Source: the human T2T-CHM13v2.0 reference genome, Homo sapiens. From it: a stretch of DNA of 64,000 nucleotides. The notes beneath the pieces are model-generated. The model was not told the origin of the DNA, did not search any database, and saw only the letters and a program-made list of their open reading frames with translations. The position numbers were made by a program, and so were the translations under genes. Below, piece by piece: positions 41,978-56,841 of the stretch; the first letter of the stretch is position 1; the number at the start of each line of letters is the position of its first letter. Location: the NCBI RefSeq assembly GCF_009914755.1, contig NC_060935.1; one strand, written 5' to 3'.

Positions 41978-44900
41978 TAATGATTAGTGATGTGGAGCAT
42001 TTTTGCTTATGTTTTTTGGCCACTCGCATGTCTTCTTTTAAGAAGTTTCTGTACGTGTCCTTTGCCCATTTCTTAAATGGGGTTGTTTTTGGCTTGTTGA
42101 TTTAAGTCCCTTGTAGATTGTAGTTATTAGACCATTGTTAGATACATAGTTTGCAAATATTTTCTCCCATTCTGTAGGTTGTCTTTTACGCTGTTAATAG
42201 TTTATCTTGCTGTGCAGATGCTCTTTAGTTTAGTTAGGTCCCACTTGTTAATTTTTGTTTTTGTTACAATTGCATTTGGGGTCTTAGCCATAAATTCTTT
42301 GCCAAAGTCGATGTCCAGAATGGTATTTCCTAGATTTTCTTCTAGGAATTTTATAATTTGAGGTCCTACTTTTAAGTCCTTAATCCATCTTAAGTTAATT
42401 TTTATATATGGTAAAATGTAGGGGTCCTGTGTCATTCTTCAGCATATGCCTAGTCATTTTTCCTGGCAACATTTATTGAATGGGGAGCCCTTTCCCCATT
42501 GCTTATTTTTGTCAACTTTACCAAAGATCAGATGATTGTAGGTGTGTGGTTTCATTTTCAGGGTCTCCATTCTGTTCCATTAGTTTATGTGTCTGTTTTT
42601 GTACCAGTACCTTGTTGTTTTTATTACTATAGTCTTATAGCATAGTTTGAAATCAGGTAATGTGATGCCTTCAGCTTTGTTCTTTTTGCTTAGTATTGTT
42701 TTGGCTATTTGGGCCTTTTTGGTTCCATATGAATTTTAGTAATTTTTTTCAATTCTGTTAAAAATGACATTGGTCGTTTGTTAGGAATAGCGTTGAATCT
42801 GTAGATTGCTTTGGGCAATGTGGCCATTTAAACAATGTTGATTCTTCAATCCATGAGCATGGAATGTTTTTCCGTTTGTTTGTGTCATCTATGATTTCTT
42901 TTAACAGTGTTTTATAGTTGTCCATGTAGAGATCTTTCGTTTTGGTTAGACTTATTCCTAGGTATTTTATATTTTTGTGGCTATTGTAAATGAGATTTAG
43001 TTCTTGATTTGGCTCTCAGTTTGAACATTATTGGTATATAGAAATGCTGCTGATTTTTGTACATTGATTTTGTATCCTGAAAGTTTACTGAAGTCATTTA
43101 TCAGTTATAGGAGTCTTTTAGTGGAGTCTTTAGGGGTTTCTAGGTATGGAATCGTGTTGTCAACAAAGAATTTAAATCCTTCTTTTCATATTTGGATGCT
43201 TTTTATTTATTTCTGTTGCTAGATTGCTCTGGCTAGAACTTCCAGTCTTATGTTGAATAGGAGTGGTAAGCATGGGCATCCTTGTCTTATTCCAGTTCTT
43301 AAAGGGAATACCTCCAGTGTTTACCTGTTCAGAATGTTGTTGGCTGTTGGTTTGTCATAGATGGCTCTTATTACTTTGATGTATATTTTTTTCCATGTCT
43401 AGCTTGTTAAAGGTTTTCATTATGAAGAGATATTGGAGTTTACCAAAAGCCTTTGCTACGTCTATTGAGATGATCATATGATTTTTGTTTTTAGTTTTGT
43501 TTATGTGTTAAATCACATTTGTTGATTTGCATGCATTGAAACAACTGCATCTCAGGATTAAAGCTCACTTGATCATGAAGAATCAAGTTCTTGATGTGCT
43601 TCTGGTTTCAGTTTACTAGTTTTTTGTTGAGAATTTTTACATCTATGTTCATCAGTGATATTGGCCTGTAGTTTTCATTTTTTGTTGTGTCTTTGCCAGA
43701 TGTTGGTATCAGGGTGATGTTGACTTCTTAGAATGAGTTAGGGAGGAGTCCTTCCTACTCTAGTTTTTGGAATAGTTTCAGTAGAATTGGTACCAACTCT
43801 TCTTTGTATGTTTGGTAGAATTTGGCAGTAAGTCTGTCTGGTCTAGGGCTTTTTTTTGCTTGGTAATTTTTTTACTGACTAAATTTCAGATCTTGATGTT
43901 GGTCTGTTCAGGATTTCAATTTCTTCCTAATTCAATCCTGGGAAGTTGTGTGTATCCAGGAATTTATCCATTTCCTCTAGATTTTCGAGTTCGTGTGCAT
44001 AAAGGTGTTCATAATAGTCTCTGAGGATCTTTTGTATTTCTTTGATATCAGTTGTTATGTCACCCTTGTGATTTCTGTTTGTGCTTATTTGGATCTTCTC
44101 TTTTTTTTCCTTGTTAGTGTAGCTAGCAGTCTATCAATCTTCTTTATCCTTTCAAAAATCCAATCTTTGGTTTTGTTGATCCTTTGTATGGATTCCTGGA
44201 TCTCAATTTCCTTTAGTTCTCTCCTGATTTTAGTTACTTATTTTCTTCTGCTTGCTTTGGGGTTAGTTTGTTGTCGCTTTTCTATTCCTCTAGCTGTTAT
44301 GTTAATTGTTGATTTGAGGTCTTTCTAACTTCTTGGTGTAGACATTTCCTCTTTATACTGCTTTTGCTTCCTCCCAGATATTTTGATATGTTGTGTCTCT
44401 GTTTTAAAGATTTTTTTTTGATTTCTGCCTTGTTTTCATTGTTTATTCAAAAGTCATTCAGGAACTAGTTGTTTAATTTCCATGTAGTTGTATGATTTTA
44501 AGAAATCTTCTTGGTATTGATTTCTATTTTTATTTCACTGTGGTCCGAGAGTATCATTGGTATGACTTGCTTTATGGAAAAGCATGTGGTTGATCTTAGA
44601 GAATGTCTCACGTGCAGATGAGAAAAATGTATATTCTGTGTTTGATGGATGGAGTATTCTATAGATGTCTATTAGTTTCAATCAGTCAAGTGTTGAATTT
44701 ATGTCTAGTATTTCTTTGTTAGTTTTCTTTTTCAGTGATCTAATACTATCAGTGGGGTGAAGTCCCCAACTATTATGTGTGACTTTCTAAGTCTTTTTGT
44801 AGCTCTAAAAGCACTTGTTTTGTGAATCTGGGTGCTCCATTTTTGGGTGCATATCTATTTATTATAAGTAAGTCTTCCTGTTGAATTGAACTTTTCAGCA

Positions 44901-45004
44901 TATGTAACGTCTTTCTTTGTCCTTTTTTAATGTGGTTGGTTTGAAGTCTGTTTCATCCCATATAAGAGAAGCAACCCCTGCTTTTTTTTTTTTTTTTTGT
45001 CTTC

Positions 45005-45630
45005 GGAATCAGGAAACTGCTATTCAGAGAAATTGAGTAGTTTGTCCAAAGTCATACAGATAGAAAATGGCAGAGCCACAATGCAAAACAAAATTTGAAG
45101 ATTTTGAAATCAGATTGGGAAGACATTTAATATTTGAACTGGTGAGTTATCTTTAAATATCATTTCTCATCTCTTACCTTTAGTATTACTTCATGGTAGT
45201 AATTACAGTTTTGCTGAGTTGGATATGTTGAGATTGATGTAATTCTAGCCTGACTTAGGGCACTTATCATTGTCTAGCTTGGGGAGCTTCCCAAATGGGT
45301 CCCAAGGGCCACTGGGCATGTAAGCCGCCCTTAGAAAAGAAGAGTTATAAGATTAAATACATTTGGGAAGCATGACTCTCTTTCTTGGAAAATCACAATA
45401 AATATTAGCATATTGAGAGCTCTTCAAATCATGTCATAAAGTATTAGTCCCTGTGCTAGGTACTTCAAATGTGTGGTGGCATTTAATCTGTACAAAACAG
45501 TAAGGTATTATTACTCTCGCATCACAGATGAGGAAACTGAAGCACAGATTGTTGGCTGCTTTGCCAAGAGTCACCCAGCTAGTAAAGTGATGGATCTCAG
45601 AGTCAAACCCAGGTATCTGGCTCCTCAGCA
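45005..45630 (-). mobile_element. MIR pieces (about 45005-45100, 45435-45630) with a probable MER103-like DNA relic between (about 45280-45430)
   Basis: 'cacagatgaggaaactgaagcacag…gccaagagtcacccagctagtaa'; 'ttggaaaatcacaataaatattagcatattg'. Confidence 0.65.
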
Positions 45631-46899
45631 CATTTTCTTAAACAGTATATTTTACTGGCTCTTTAAACTTACTTACCCAGCATTTCCCAAACTTACTTTT
45701 ATCATGCAGTGCTTTGGTGGTATTTTTAATGCCATTTATTTGACCTAGTGTGCTAACAAACACTGGAAAATGCTGCATGTACAGCATTGATTCGAGGCCA
45801 TGATGGACTTTCAGTCTAGATAAAAGCGGCAGAGTCTTGGACCCCTGAACATAGTGGAACAGGTGAGGTTGTCAGAGAACAGTCAGTGAGAGGAAAGGCT
45901 TGGTGGCGTTTAACCCAATTACAGTGTTGCATTCATGATTGGTACCTGTACTTTGTCTTTCTGAGGTCAGTAATAAAACATCTCCTGAAAAAGGCCGTTG
46001 TTTACATGCTGCAAAGATGTCCAGTGCCCACTTGGGCCTGTGGTCCACTGAGGGCAATGTGTGGGAGCTCTCTACTTGTCAAGATTCAGAGGCAGAAAGG
46101 GGGCTGGACAACTGCAATGTCTGTTTCTAAATTGTTACATGAGACTTTTAAAATTGTCTAAAAGTTTCAGATGAGGGTAAGATAAATAACCTCTGAGCTG
46201 TCCAGTAAATGAAAAATATAACATTCAGCCTTTATCGATAAGTTCCCCTTCTTTAAGCCAGTGTAGACCCCAGGAATGGGTGGGTTATATCTGGTTGAAA
46301 TTCAGGCACCTTAAAACTTGAAGAAAGCCATGAGAATTTGTCAATATCTTTTCCCACTTTTTTGCAAAGGATTTGAAATATGGTAAGTACAGCAACTCCA
46401 GGGGTTAAAAATAGTTACATTTTTCATCTTTCAGAGGACTCTGGGGACATAAAGCACTATTAACTGTAGTTGTATGGTGCCTAAGGGACAAAGAGATGAT
46501 CCGCTTGATTCCTTGAGCTCCTTTCAGGCAGACTTCAGGAGGATCTTTAGTAAGTCTTACTGGAGAGTGAGATAAGGTTCTCAATCTAGACTGTAGTGAC
46601 AATGGAACTTGGACCCTATATCAGTTTTGAAGGCTGGTTTTATGGCCCCAAATTTCTGGTTACAGGAATGTTAAGCAGCATTTTTCAGTGACAACTCTTA
46701 ATGCTTTGTTGTTTCTGGGAGACTAGAATAGTTGCTTATTCTTGTGCTTGGAGAACAGTGATGTTTTGAAAGCCTGACGTAAGGTAACCACAGGTATATA
46801 CAGAATGTATGAGGCTAATCCTTCCCTGACAAATATTAGTGGAAGGCAGACAGTCCTGTATGCTCTGGAGGCCTGTGGCCAGTTTACACCCATTCTGCT

Positions 46900-47760
46900 C
46901 TTTTCTTCTCTAAAATGTTATTAAATACCTATTATAAACTAGGTGCTGTGCTAGGAGCTGGGGAGATTGAGATGTACCCTTGTGAGAGGCAGATCACTCA
47001 ACAGTTACAGCACACCATAATATGTGTTACAAAAGAAATGAGTAATATCATGTCACTCCTTTGGTTAGCACTCTTAAATTTCTTCTCCACTAATTCATAA
47101 TAAAATCCAAAGTCCTTACCAAGGCTGTGTTTCTGTGAGATCTGGCTCTTTCCTGCCCTTCTGACTTCATCTCCTGCCCCTACTACATTGTCACTCAGCT
47201 CAGCCACAGTGGCCTCCCTGTTGTTCACAGGCATGTCCAGCTTCCTCTTACCCTGCCCCAAGCCCTTTGTACCTATTTCTCTTGTCAAAGAATAGAATAC
47301 CCTTTTCCTCATAGGACTCATTGATTACTTATTCAGACCTCCTTTCACAGATTTACACCTTATTAGAGAGCCTTCCTTGATAGCTGTCTCTAGCGTAGCC
47401 CCTTCTCTGCCCCTGCCATGCTATATCCCCATTACCCTGATTTATGTTTTATAAACTTGTCACCTAACACAATATATATTTATTTTGTTTCTTTCTCTTT
47501 TCTGTTAGATAAACAACTCAAGTGCAGAAACTTTATTTGGCTTGTTCACTGCTATATCCCAAGCACTTTGAACAATGCATGGCACCTTGTAGATGCCCCA
47601 TCAATATTTGCCCTATTGAGAAGCAGGAAGAGAAGGAAGCCATTAACCCTTCCAGGGAAAGTCAAGGGAGGCTTTATAGAGGAGATGGCATTTAAACTGG
47701 GACTTGAAGCATGAGTCAGAGTTTACCAGGTGGAGAAGTTGTGGGTTGCAGAGGTAGGTG
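46900..47760. mobile_element. L2 (+, about 47040-47610) nested in an older antisense L2
   Basis: 'aataaaatccaaagtccttaccaaggc', 'cagccacagtggcctccctgttgttc', 'cttgttcactgctatatccc'; flanks 'aggtgctgtgctaggagctgggga' and 'gtcaagggaggctttatagaggagatggcattt'. Confidence 0.75.
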
Positions 47761-49642
47761 GAGGGAGGGAACGATTATGGTCATGATATCAAAGACAAAG
47801 GCACGATGCATTACTCCTTTCCCTCCTCCACCCTTCTCCTTCCTCTACCTGTCTCTAGAATACAAATTACTATCCAGCTTAATTTCTGGGAGAGTTTACC
47901 ACTGAGCAGCTTGCTCTCAGGCTCCTACACTACAGTAAGATGTGTCAAGTGCCTGATTGAGCTTAAGTATGATTATGATGAGGTTGAGGAAGGTGTGGGT
48001 GTATTCATTCTTCTGCAGTGACATTATCAGCTCATAACCAGCTCCTTATATGAAGTACACAGGGATTTCACATGCTGGCAGAGGGATTGTAAAACATCTT
48101 GAATTGATTGTAGGGTAATAATGTCCATCTCCAAAAGGACTTGTTATGATTATAATATGTCCAACTGTTTTCATATGTTTAAAACTCAGGATGAAGTTAG
48201 ATCTCCACTTGGGGCTTTTTCTCACTCTGACACATTGGAATTTTAATAGAGCCTCAGCAGCTAGATCTTTAAAGTGAGATAATGTTCAAACACTTTAATT
48301 AAATTTTTGAAAAGGGCAGCAATAACTTACATACCAACAGGCTCAGCCTGGGTTCTGTAGTGATTCACATATTGCTTAATCTGAGTACCAGGGCTTCTCT
48401 CTTGTTCATTTGTATGTTACTGGGGAGCACTTGCTTAGCAAATGAAGAAGAGCCATCAGAAAGCTCTTAGTTAATACCCTCAAAGAGATTAGCTGAGGGC
48501 CTCTCTCTAGTTCCCACTGGGTAGGCAGTAGTACTACGTCCAGTTCTTTTCCATTTTTCTCTTTTCTTCTGAAAGGCTTCTACCAAGGATATTAAAGTGC
48601 TTAATCAGGCCACTGTGTTTAGTTAAGTTCATACTGGGTCCCTGAGTGTCCCCAAGTCAGTCTAGGAGTGGACAGGAGCAGATGATAACTAGCAGTGAAG
48701 AGTAGACTGAGGGTCAGGGGGCATATACGAGAATGACTCATAGGCAAAATAGTAGGTTGGAAACCAGGCAGACAGACTCCAGGAGACACGCAGAAGTTGA
48801 AGAGGTAAGCTCAAGGGAATGGCTTGGTAAACTGGCATAATCAGGACTCAGAGAGCACTTGGGTAATAGACATTAAGTCCTCACAGAAAGAAATCAAATA
48901 GATGGTATAGCAGATGGAAGCCATTAGCAATCAGATGATCAAATTTTCTACCTTCATTCCCTGGCAGGGCTTGATATAGCATAAATGCCTAGTATATTTT
49001 GGTTGAATGAATGCAACAAACTTTTTTTTTCTTCGGAGACAGGAAGCCTTTTGTAGAGCAAGAGTCATTCTTGGGGCAGGTATGCCCAGGGCCTGCAGGT
49101 GTGGGTGGGTGAAACACCTCAGAGATGTTTTAATAGATTCATCTGTTTAAAATGAAAATTGTGGAGCTTGATTTTTGGCAGATTTTGACAGTTCACCAGT
49201 GTCAGGGGTAGCAAGGTAGTTCTTACAGTCCTTCATGTGGATGATGTAGGTGAGTCTTGAAGAGTGGGTATGATTTGCCAGGTGTCCAGGAGTAGAAAAA
49301 CATTCCAGTCACCAGGAACAGTGGTTACCAGTGCAGGATGGGGAGGTAAAGGTTGGAGAGAAAGCTGGAAGATTGGAGGTGGTAAGATCATTGGAAGTCT
49401 TATGTGCTCAGCTTTGCTTAAAGACCTTGGTCTTGTAGTAAGATAGACTGAATGAATGAATGATGCAGTGGGGAGTAAAGAGGTCTAAAGTAAGTGTAGT
49501 TTGCAGTGGGGAGCATGAGCTCTGGTGGTACACCTAAGAGCTTGGCTTGGAAAGCTGAAGAGAACAGTTCTGCCAGTGACAAGGGTCATAAATGAACCAT
49601 GAAGGAAAACAGTACAGTAAACAGCAGAAAATACAAGGTCTG

Positions 49643-50017
49643 TATATTAGTCTGTTTTCCAGCTGCTGATAAAGGCATACCTGAGACTGGGCAATTTACA
49701 AAAGAAAGAAGTTTAATTGGACTTACAGTTCCACATGGCTGGGGAAGCCTCTCATTATGGTGGAAGGCAAGGAGGATCGAGCTGCATCTTACATGAATGG
49801 TAGCAGGCAGAGAGAATGAGGAAGATGCAAAAGCAGAAACTCCTGATAAAACCATCAGATCTCGTGAGACTTATATTTACCACCACTAGAACAGTATGGG
49901 GGAAACTGTCGCCATGATTCAATGATCTCCCACTGGGTCTCTCCCACAACATGTGGGAAATATGGGAGTACAATTCAAGGTGAGATTTGGGTGGGGACAC
50001 AGGGTCAAACCATATCA
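49643..50017 (-). mobile_element. THE1A/B solo LTR (MaLR)
   Basis: 'tattagtctgtttt…gctgataaag…gagatttgggtggggacacag…aaaccatatca'; 5-bp TSD gtctg. Confidence 0.92.
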
Positions 50018-50149
50018 GTCTGGAAGGGGCAGCAGCAGTAGGACTGCAGGGAGGGTCACATGGAAACATTGAGTCTTTTTCCACACATGCAGCCAAATCC
50101 CCTTGGACTTCAGAAGGCACAGAAGACATGGCTGAATATTTTAATTGCT

Positions 50150-50295
50150 TGGAGAGCTTTTAAATATAAAATTCGGAAATTGTTATAAAATCTCCTGAAT
50201 CTGAGTGCTTGGGAATTTGGTCTGGGAATGTCAGTTTTAAATAAGTTTCCAGGTGATTCTAATGCAAATACTCTGCCAAGTATGTGGGAATCACA
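50150..50295. mobile_element. MER5-like hAT fragment
   Basis: 'ctgaatctgag…tctgggaatg…aagtttccaggtgattctaatgca'. Confidence 0.6.
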
Positions 50296-50439
50296 GGAGG
50301 GTAGCTATACTGTATGCCCTCTCTCAAAAAGGCCATAGAGAGGAAACAGCCACCCAACCAGTGGTGGAAGGCGAGCCAAGGCTCATGGAAATCCTTCAGA
50401 AATGCCCCTGCACCTGCCCCGAAGAAAGCCTCACACAAT

Positions 50440-53120
50440 CTAAATTGGTTAGGATACAGGAGTGACTACTGAAGCAAATACTCAAACAACAATGATTTAA
50501 ACAAGATGGAAGGGTAATACTCTTTCATGCAGCAGTTTGAATGTGGGTAGTTAATATGGTCTGGCTGTGCATCCTCACCCAAATCTCATCTTGAGCTGTA
50601 ATCCAAATTGTAATCCCATGTGTTGGGAGAGGGACCTGGTGGGAGGTGATTAGATCATGGAGGTGATTCCCCCCATGCTGTTCTCATGATAGTGAATGTG
50701 TTCTATGAGATCTGCTGGCTTTATAAGGGGCTTTCCCCCACTTCGCTCTGTGCTTCTTATTCCTGCTGCCATGTGAAGAAGGACGTATTTGCTTCTCCTT
50801 CTGCCATGAATGCAAGTTTCCTGGGGACTTCCCAGCCAAGCTGAACTGTGAATTAATTAAACCTCTTCCCTTTATAAATTACACAGTCTCAAGTATGTCT
50901 TCATTAGCAGTGTGAGAACAGACTACTACAGTAAATTGGTGCCAGGAGTGGGTTGCTGCCATAAGAATACCTGAAAATGTGGAAGCAACTTTGAAACTGA
51001 GTAACAGGCAGGGGTTGGAACAGTTTGGAGGGCTCAGAAGAAGATAGGAAAATGTGGTAAAGTTTGGAACTTCCTAGACACTTGGAGGGCCCAGAAGACA
51101 GGAAGATGTGGGAAAGTTTAGAACTTCCTAGAGAATTGTTGAATGGCTTTGCCCAAAATGCTGATAGTAATATGGACAATGAAGTTGAGGCTGGGATGGT
51201 CTCAAACAGAGATGAGGAACTTGTTGGAAAATGGAGCAAATATGACTCTTGTTATGCTTTAGCAAATAGACTGTTGGTATTTTGCCTCTGCCCTAGAGAT
51301 CTGTGAAACTTTGAATTTGAAAGAGATAATTTAGGATATCTGGCAGAAGAAATTTCTAAGCAGCAAAGAATTCAAGAGGAAGCAGAACATAAAAGTTTGG
51401 AAAGTTTGTAGACTGACAATGAGATAGAAAAAATCCATTTTGGGGAGAAATTCAAACCAGCTGCAGACATTTGCATAAGTAACAAGCAGCCGAATGTTAA
51501 TCACTAAGACAATATGGAAAATGTCTCCAGGGCATGTCAGAGACCTTAGCAGCAGCCACTCCCATCACAGGTCCAGAGGCCTAGGAAAGAAAAATGGTTC
51601 CCTGAGCCAGGCCATTGCTTCAGAGGGTGCAAGCCCCAAGTCTTGGCAGACTTTATGTGGTGTTGGGCCTGTAGGTCCACAGAGGTCAAAAATTGATGTT
51701 TGGGAACCTCTGCCTAGATTTCAGAGGCTGTATGGCAATGCCTGCTTATCCAAGCACAGTTTGCTGTACGGACAAAACTCTCATAGAGAACCTCTGCTAG
51801 GGCAGTACAGAAAGGAAATGTAGAGTCAGAGCCTCCACACACAATCCCCACTGGGTCACTGCCTAGTAGAGACGTGAGAAGAGGGCAACTGTCCTCCAGA
51901 CCCCAGAATGGTAGATCTACCGACATCTTGTGCCATGAACCTGGAAAAGTTGCAGATACTCAATGCCAGCCCATTAAAGCAGCTGGGAAGGGAACTGTAC
52001 CCTGAAAAGCCACAGGGGCAGAGTTGCCCAAGGCCATGGGAGTCCACCTCTTGCATCTGTGTGACCTGGATGTGAGACATGGAGTCAAAGGAGATTATTT
52101 TGGAGCTTTAAGATTTGATTATTGCCTCATTGGATTTCGAACTTGCATGGGCCTGCAGCCTCTTTGTTTTTGCTAATTTCTCCCTTTGGAATGGGTGTAT
52201 TAAGCCAATACCTGTACCTCCATTGTATCTAGGAAGTAACTAACTTGCTTTTCATTGTACAGGCTCATAGGTGGAAGGAACTTACATTATCTCAGATAAG
52301 AATATGGACTTGGACTTTTGGGCAAATGCTGAAATAAGTTAAGACTTTGGGGAACTGTTGGGAAGGCATATTTGTGTTTTGAAATGTGAGAAACACATTT
52401 CAAACCTGGGAGGGGCCAGGGGTGGAATGATATGGTCCGGCTCTATGTCCCCACCCAAATCTCATCTTGAATTGTAATTCCCATGTGTTTGGAGAGGGAC
52501 CTTGTGGGAGGTGATTAGATAATGGAGGTGGTCCCCCATGCTGTTCTTGTGATAGTGAGTGAGTTCTCACAAGATCTGATAGTTTTATAAGGGGCTTTCC
52601 CCACTTTGCTCTGCACTTCTTCTTCCTACCACCATGTGAAGAAGGATGTGTTTGCTGCTTTTTCCATCATGATCATAAGTTTCCTGAGGCCTCCCCAGCC
52701 ATGCTGAACTGTGTTTCAAACCTCTTTCTTTTATAAATTACCCAGTCTCGGGTACGTCTTTATTAGCAGCATGAGAATGGACTAATATAGTAGTCCAGAG
52801 TTTATGTGACAACTTTACAGGACCGAGAAACTAGGTTCTTCTATATTATGGCCCTCTGCCTGTAGTCCTTGATGATTCAGTCCCATTACCTCACTATGCC
52901 AGCATGAAGGAGAACAAGAAGAAGTCAAGAGCATTCTCCTTACATGCATTACTTTCACTCATGTCCCACTGGTGAGAGCTTAATCTCATGACCACGCCTA
53001 GCTGTAAGGAAGATGGTGAATGTGACCTTTATTCTAGATGGCCGTGTGCTTCACTAAGATTCAATTACTAAAGGAAAGGGGAGAGTGCACACCAGGGGAC
53101 AGCTGGCATTCTCTGCCTCC
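50440..53120. mobile_element. Old MLT1 (J/K-like) LTR split by the THE1 provirus
   Basis: 'aacaatgatttaaacaagatggaa' before 50551; 'actcatgtcccactggtgagagcttaatctcatgaccacgcctagctgtaaggaag' after 52794. Confidence 0.6.
50552..52789 (+). mobile_element. Complete THE1C/D MaLR provirus: 5' LTR 50552-50930, internal 50931-52427, 3' LTR 52428-52789
   Basis: Two homologous LTRs, internal start gtaaattggt, polypurine tract gggaggggccaggggtggaa (52408-52427), 5-bp TSD gtagt. Confidence 0.95.
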
Positions 53121-53999
53121 AACATTCTTCAGATTTTCACTCACAGGGTCCTGAACTCCTCTCTGGACACTCCTCTCTGGTTAATTATTTTTTATTGCAC
53201 AATTCTGGATTAGGAACCGGCTGGGGGATTGACACCCCTTCAGGAAAATCACCCAAAGGCTGACCTATAGAAGCTGGCCTTCCCTGAAGTTATTGCCATA
53301 AAAACCCCTCCAAGCAAGAATCAGCCTTAGTGGAACTAATCTCGGTATTTGCCTGATACATCTTAAATTTGCTTGTTCAGGTGAACAAGACCTTTGCATG
53401 GAGGAGTGAGACAGACTGGACGTCAGTAGAGAGATTATATTTAGCTGAGTTGAAGGGAAGGGAACTAACATTTGCTGAAGGTATACTTTTGTGTGTTAAT
53501 TGTTTTCGATATGCGATAACACATTCACCCAGAAGACCTGAGTGTCAGATCTGGCTCTATTGCTCACTGGCAGTTAGTTTAACTATAATACCTTTGAGAG
53601 GTTTATGCTGGAATTGCCAAGACACAGCCCTGGTTTTGCAATAGGAGTGCGGAAAGAACCATGGCTTGGTTTATCTGAGTCGAAATATTTTCATGTGTTA
53701 AGATGGGGATTCTAATAGTGCCTGCCAAGACACGAACATTAATGTCTAATTTCCAATTCCATGGACCCCCTTATACTATGATTGGAAGAGCCTGAGTGAC
53801 CAGTGTCAAAGTAAACTTATGTTTTTATTCTTGTGCCAAAGCTCTGTAGATACTGTCAGTGCTCATTATTGTGTTATCAAATGAAGCAGGAGAAAGTAAG
53901 TCTTTCTTTCTGTATGGCTTGGAGGGATTTTCAAGGCTTATAATTAGGAACTATTTCTCATTGACGGTTTTAGCTAGGGATGTACCATATTTATATGTT

Positions 54000-54350
54000 G
54001 CTCACATAAAAGACCAATTCAGGTGTTTCTGGCTAGGTATCTGTCCTGGGAAGCTCTTCTTCTAGTGGAAAGTTAGAGGCCTAGACTCTGTCCACTTCGT
54101 CATTCTTCCATCTTCAACATGTGGTATTCCAGGTGTTTCTGAGGGTTGTCTTTATTCCAGCAACCAGAAAGAGGATTGCATGTAGGAGGTTTAGGGTCAG
54201 CCTTGGAAGCAGTACACATGTATCAATTACTTCTGCTGACATTTCATTGTCCGGAACTCAAGCATATGGCCACACCTAGTATTATTAGCAAGAAAGGCTG
54301 GGAAATGAGTCCTAGCTCTGTGCCAAGAAGAAAAGTAAATTGGTTATGAT
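54000..54350. mobile_element. MLT1J/K-like LTR fragment
   Basis: 'cttctgctgacatttcattgtccggaactc…atatggccacacctag…aaggctgggaaatgagtc'. Confidence 0.6.
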
Positions 54351-54599
54351 TTTCTTCCACCCTAAGTTAATGTGTACTATCTTATTTTTAAAAACACAAT
54401 ATTCTCTGTGGGGGAGTGATGAGGTTGTGCAAAACTGTTTAAGTGACTTCCTTCTGTTGTGATGGGCACCATAGATTAAAAATATCTTAGTCCCAAAGGG
54501 AGACTGCTAACCGCTGTTGACTCTATGCTACCTACTCCCAACAGCCTCAGCATCTCTTTATTGGTGCTAGAAACTTCATTTCCTTTACAACATCCTAGA

Positions 54600-54830
54600 C
54601 ATAGTGTCATGGAGCAGAAAGGGCATCTTTAGTATTATATAAACTTGGGTTTCTATCTTGGATCTACCACTTACTGGTTGTATTTTCTTGGATGACTTTA
54701 TATCTTTGAACTTCAGCTTCTTCATCTGTAAACTAGGTATAATCATATCTGCCCAATGGGCATACTTTAAGGATTTAAGACAATGTCTGGCACATAGGCA
54801 CTCAATAATTGTCAAATGTTATTATTATTT
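54600..54830 (+). mobile_element. Near full-length MIR
   Basis: 'ctaccacttactggttgt…cttcagcttcttcatctgtaaa…tctggcacataggcactcaataa…ttattattatt'. Confidence 0.85.
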
Positions 54831-55639
54831 AGATCCCACGCTTTCTGTCCTAAGTTTAAAGGGCATGATTTAAATGAGATATTCTGAATATCTTGTTAAT
54901 CTTGCATGTTCTACTCTTGGAATATCTATTAAAATTAGCCATATTTGAAATGTAGTCTCCACATATAACTTGCAAACACTAGAAACCCAGAAGAGAGTTA
55001 ATAATTGAAAAAACTCTCAAGTTTGTCATTACCTTAATGATTGGTATGAGGAGCCATTTTCCTAGCACTTTTCTAAAATTTAACCTAGGGAGCTTGTTCA
55101 TGCTCAATTCTTGTTTGGGATCGCTGCAGGTAAGGGATTTGTGGAACTGTCTTGGGGTTCCTCTTACCCAGTAATTCATGATCTACTATATTCTGACTTC
55201 TGCCTGCCTTCTGGCCTTCCCACTCTGAGATGTCCACCCAGTCTCACGTAGGACAGGAGAACTCAATATTTTTAATGCTGTTTTATGCTCATCATTTGTT
55301 TTTTCTTTTCAGTCAGTTTTAGTGTCTCACTTTCTATCTGTTCTTAAGTTTTCATTTTTCTGCAACTGTGACAGGTAGAAGGTGGATTTCACAATTCTAA
55401 CCTGGGTGAATGGATGGCTTCTGTTAATTTATTATAAGAATAACTCAATCCGTGAGGAAGATGAGAACCATGAGCCAAGATTTTATTGGGAAAAAACTAT
55501 GATTCAAAAGAGAAAGTCCAGAGGATCCAGTCTTTCCTTTTTTGCAAGTCCAAAAGATAAAATACATTTTTCCATTGGGATGTCGATCACTGGTTTGGCT
55601 TCCTTGGCTAGGCCTCTTAGGAGAGAAGACAGTGATTTA

Positions 55640-56560
<921 letters not shown>

Positions 56561-56562
56561 TT

Positions 56563-56841
56563 GGCTGGGCGCAGTGGCTCATGCCTGTAATCCCCCCACC
56601 TTGGGAGGCTGAGGCAGGTGGACCACGAGGTCAAGAGATCGACACCATCCTGGCAAACATGGTGAAACCCTGTCTCTACTAAAAATACAAAAATTAGCTG
56701 GGTATGGTGGTGCGTGCCTGTAATCTCAGCTACTTGGGAGGCTGAGGCAGGAGAATTGCTTGAACTTGGGAGATGGAGGTTGTAGTGAGCCGAGACCCAG
56801 ACTGGTGACAGAGTGAGACACCATCTCAAAAAAAAAAAAAA
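56563..56841 (+). mobile_element. AluSc-like with a short right-arm deletion
   Basis: 'gaggtcaagagatcgacaccatcctggcaaacatgg'; A tail. Confidence 0.93.

Noticed and set aside
51025-51135. ~55-bp duplication in the THE1 internal region
   Set aside because: I recall this in other THE1-int copies, so it is probably a family feature.
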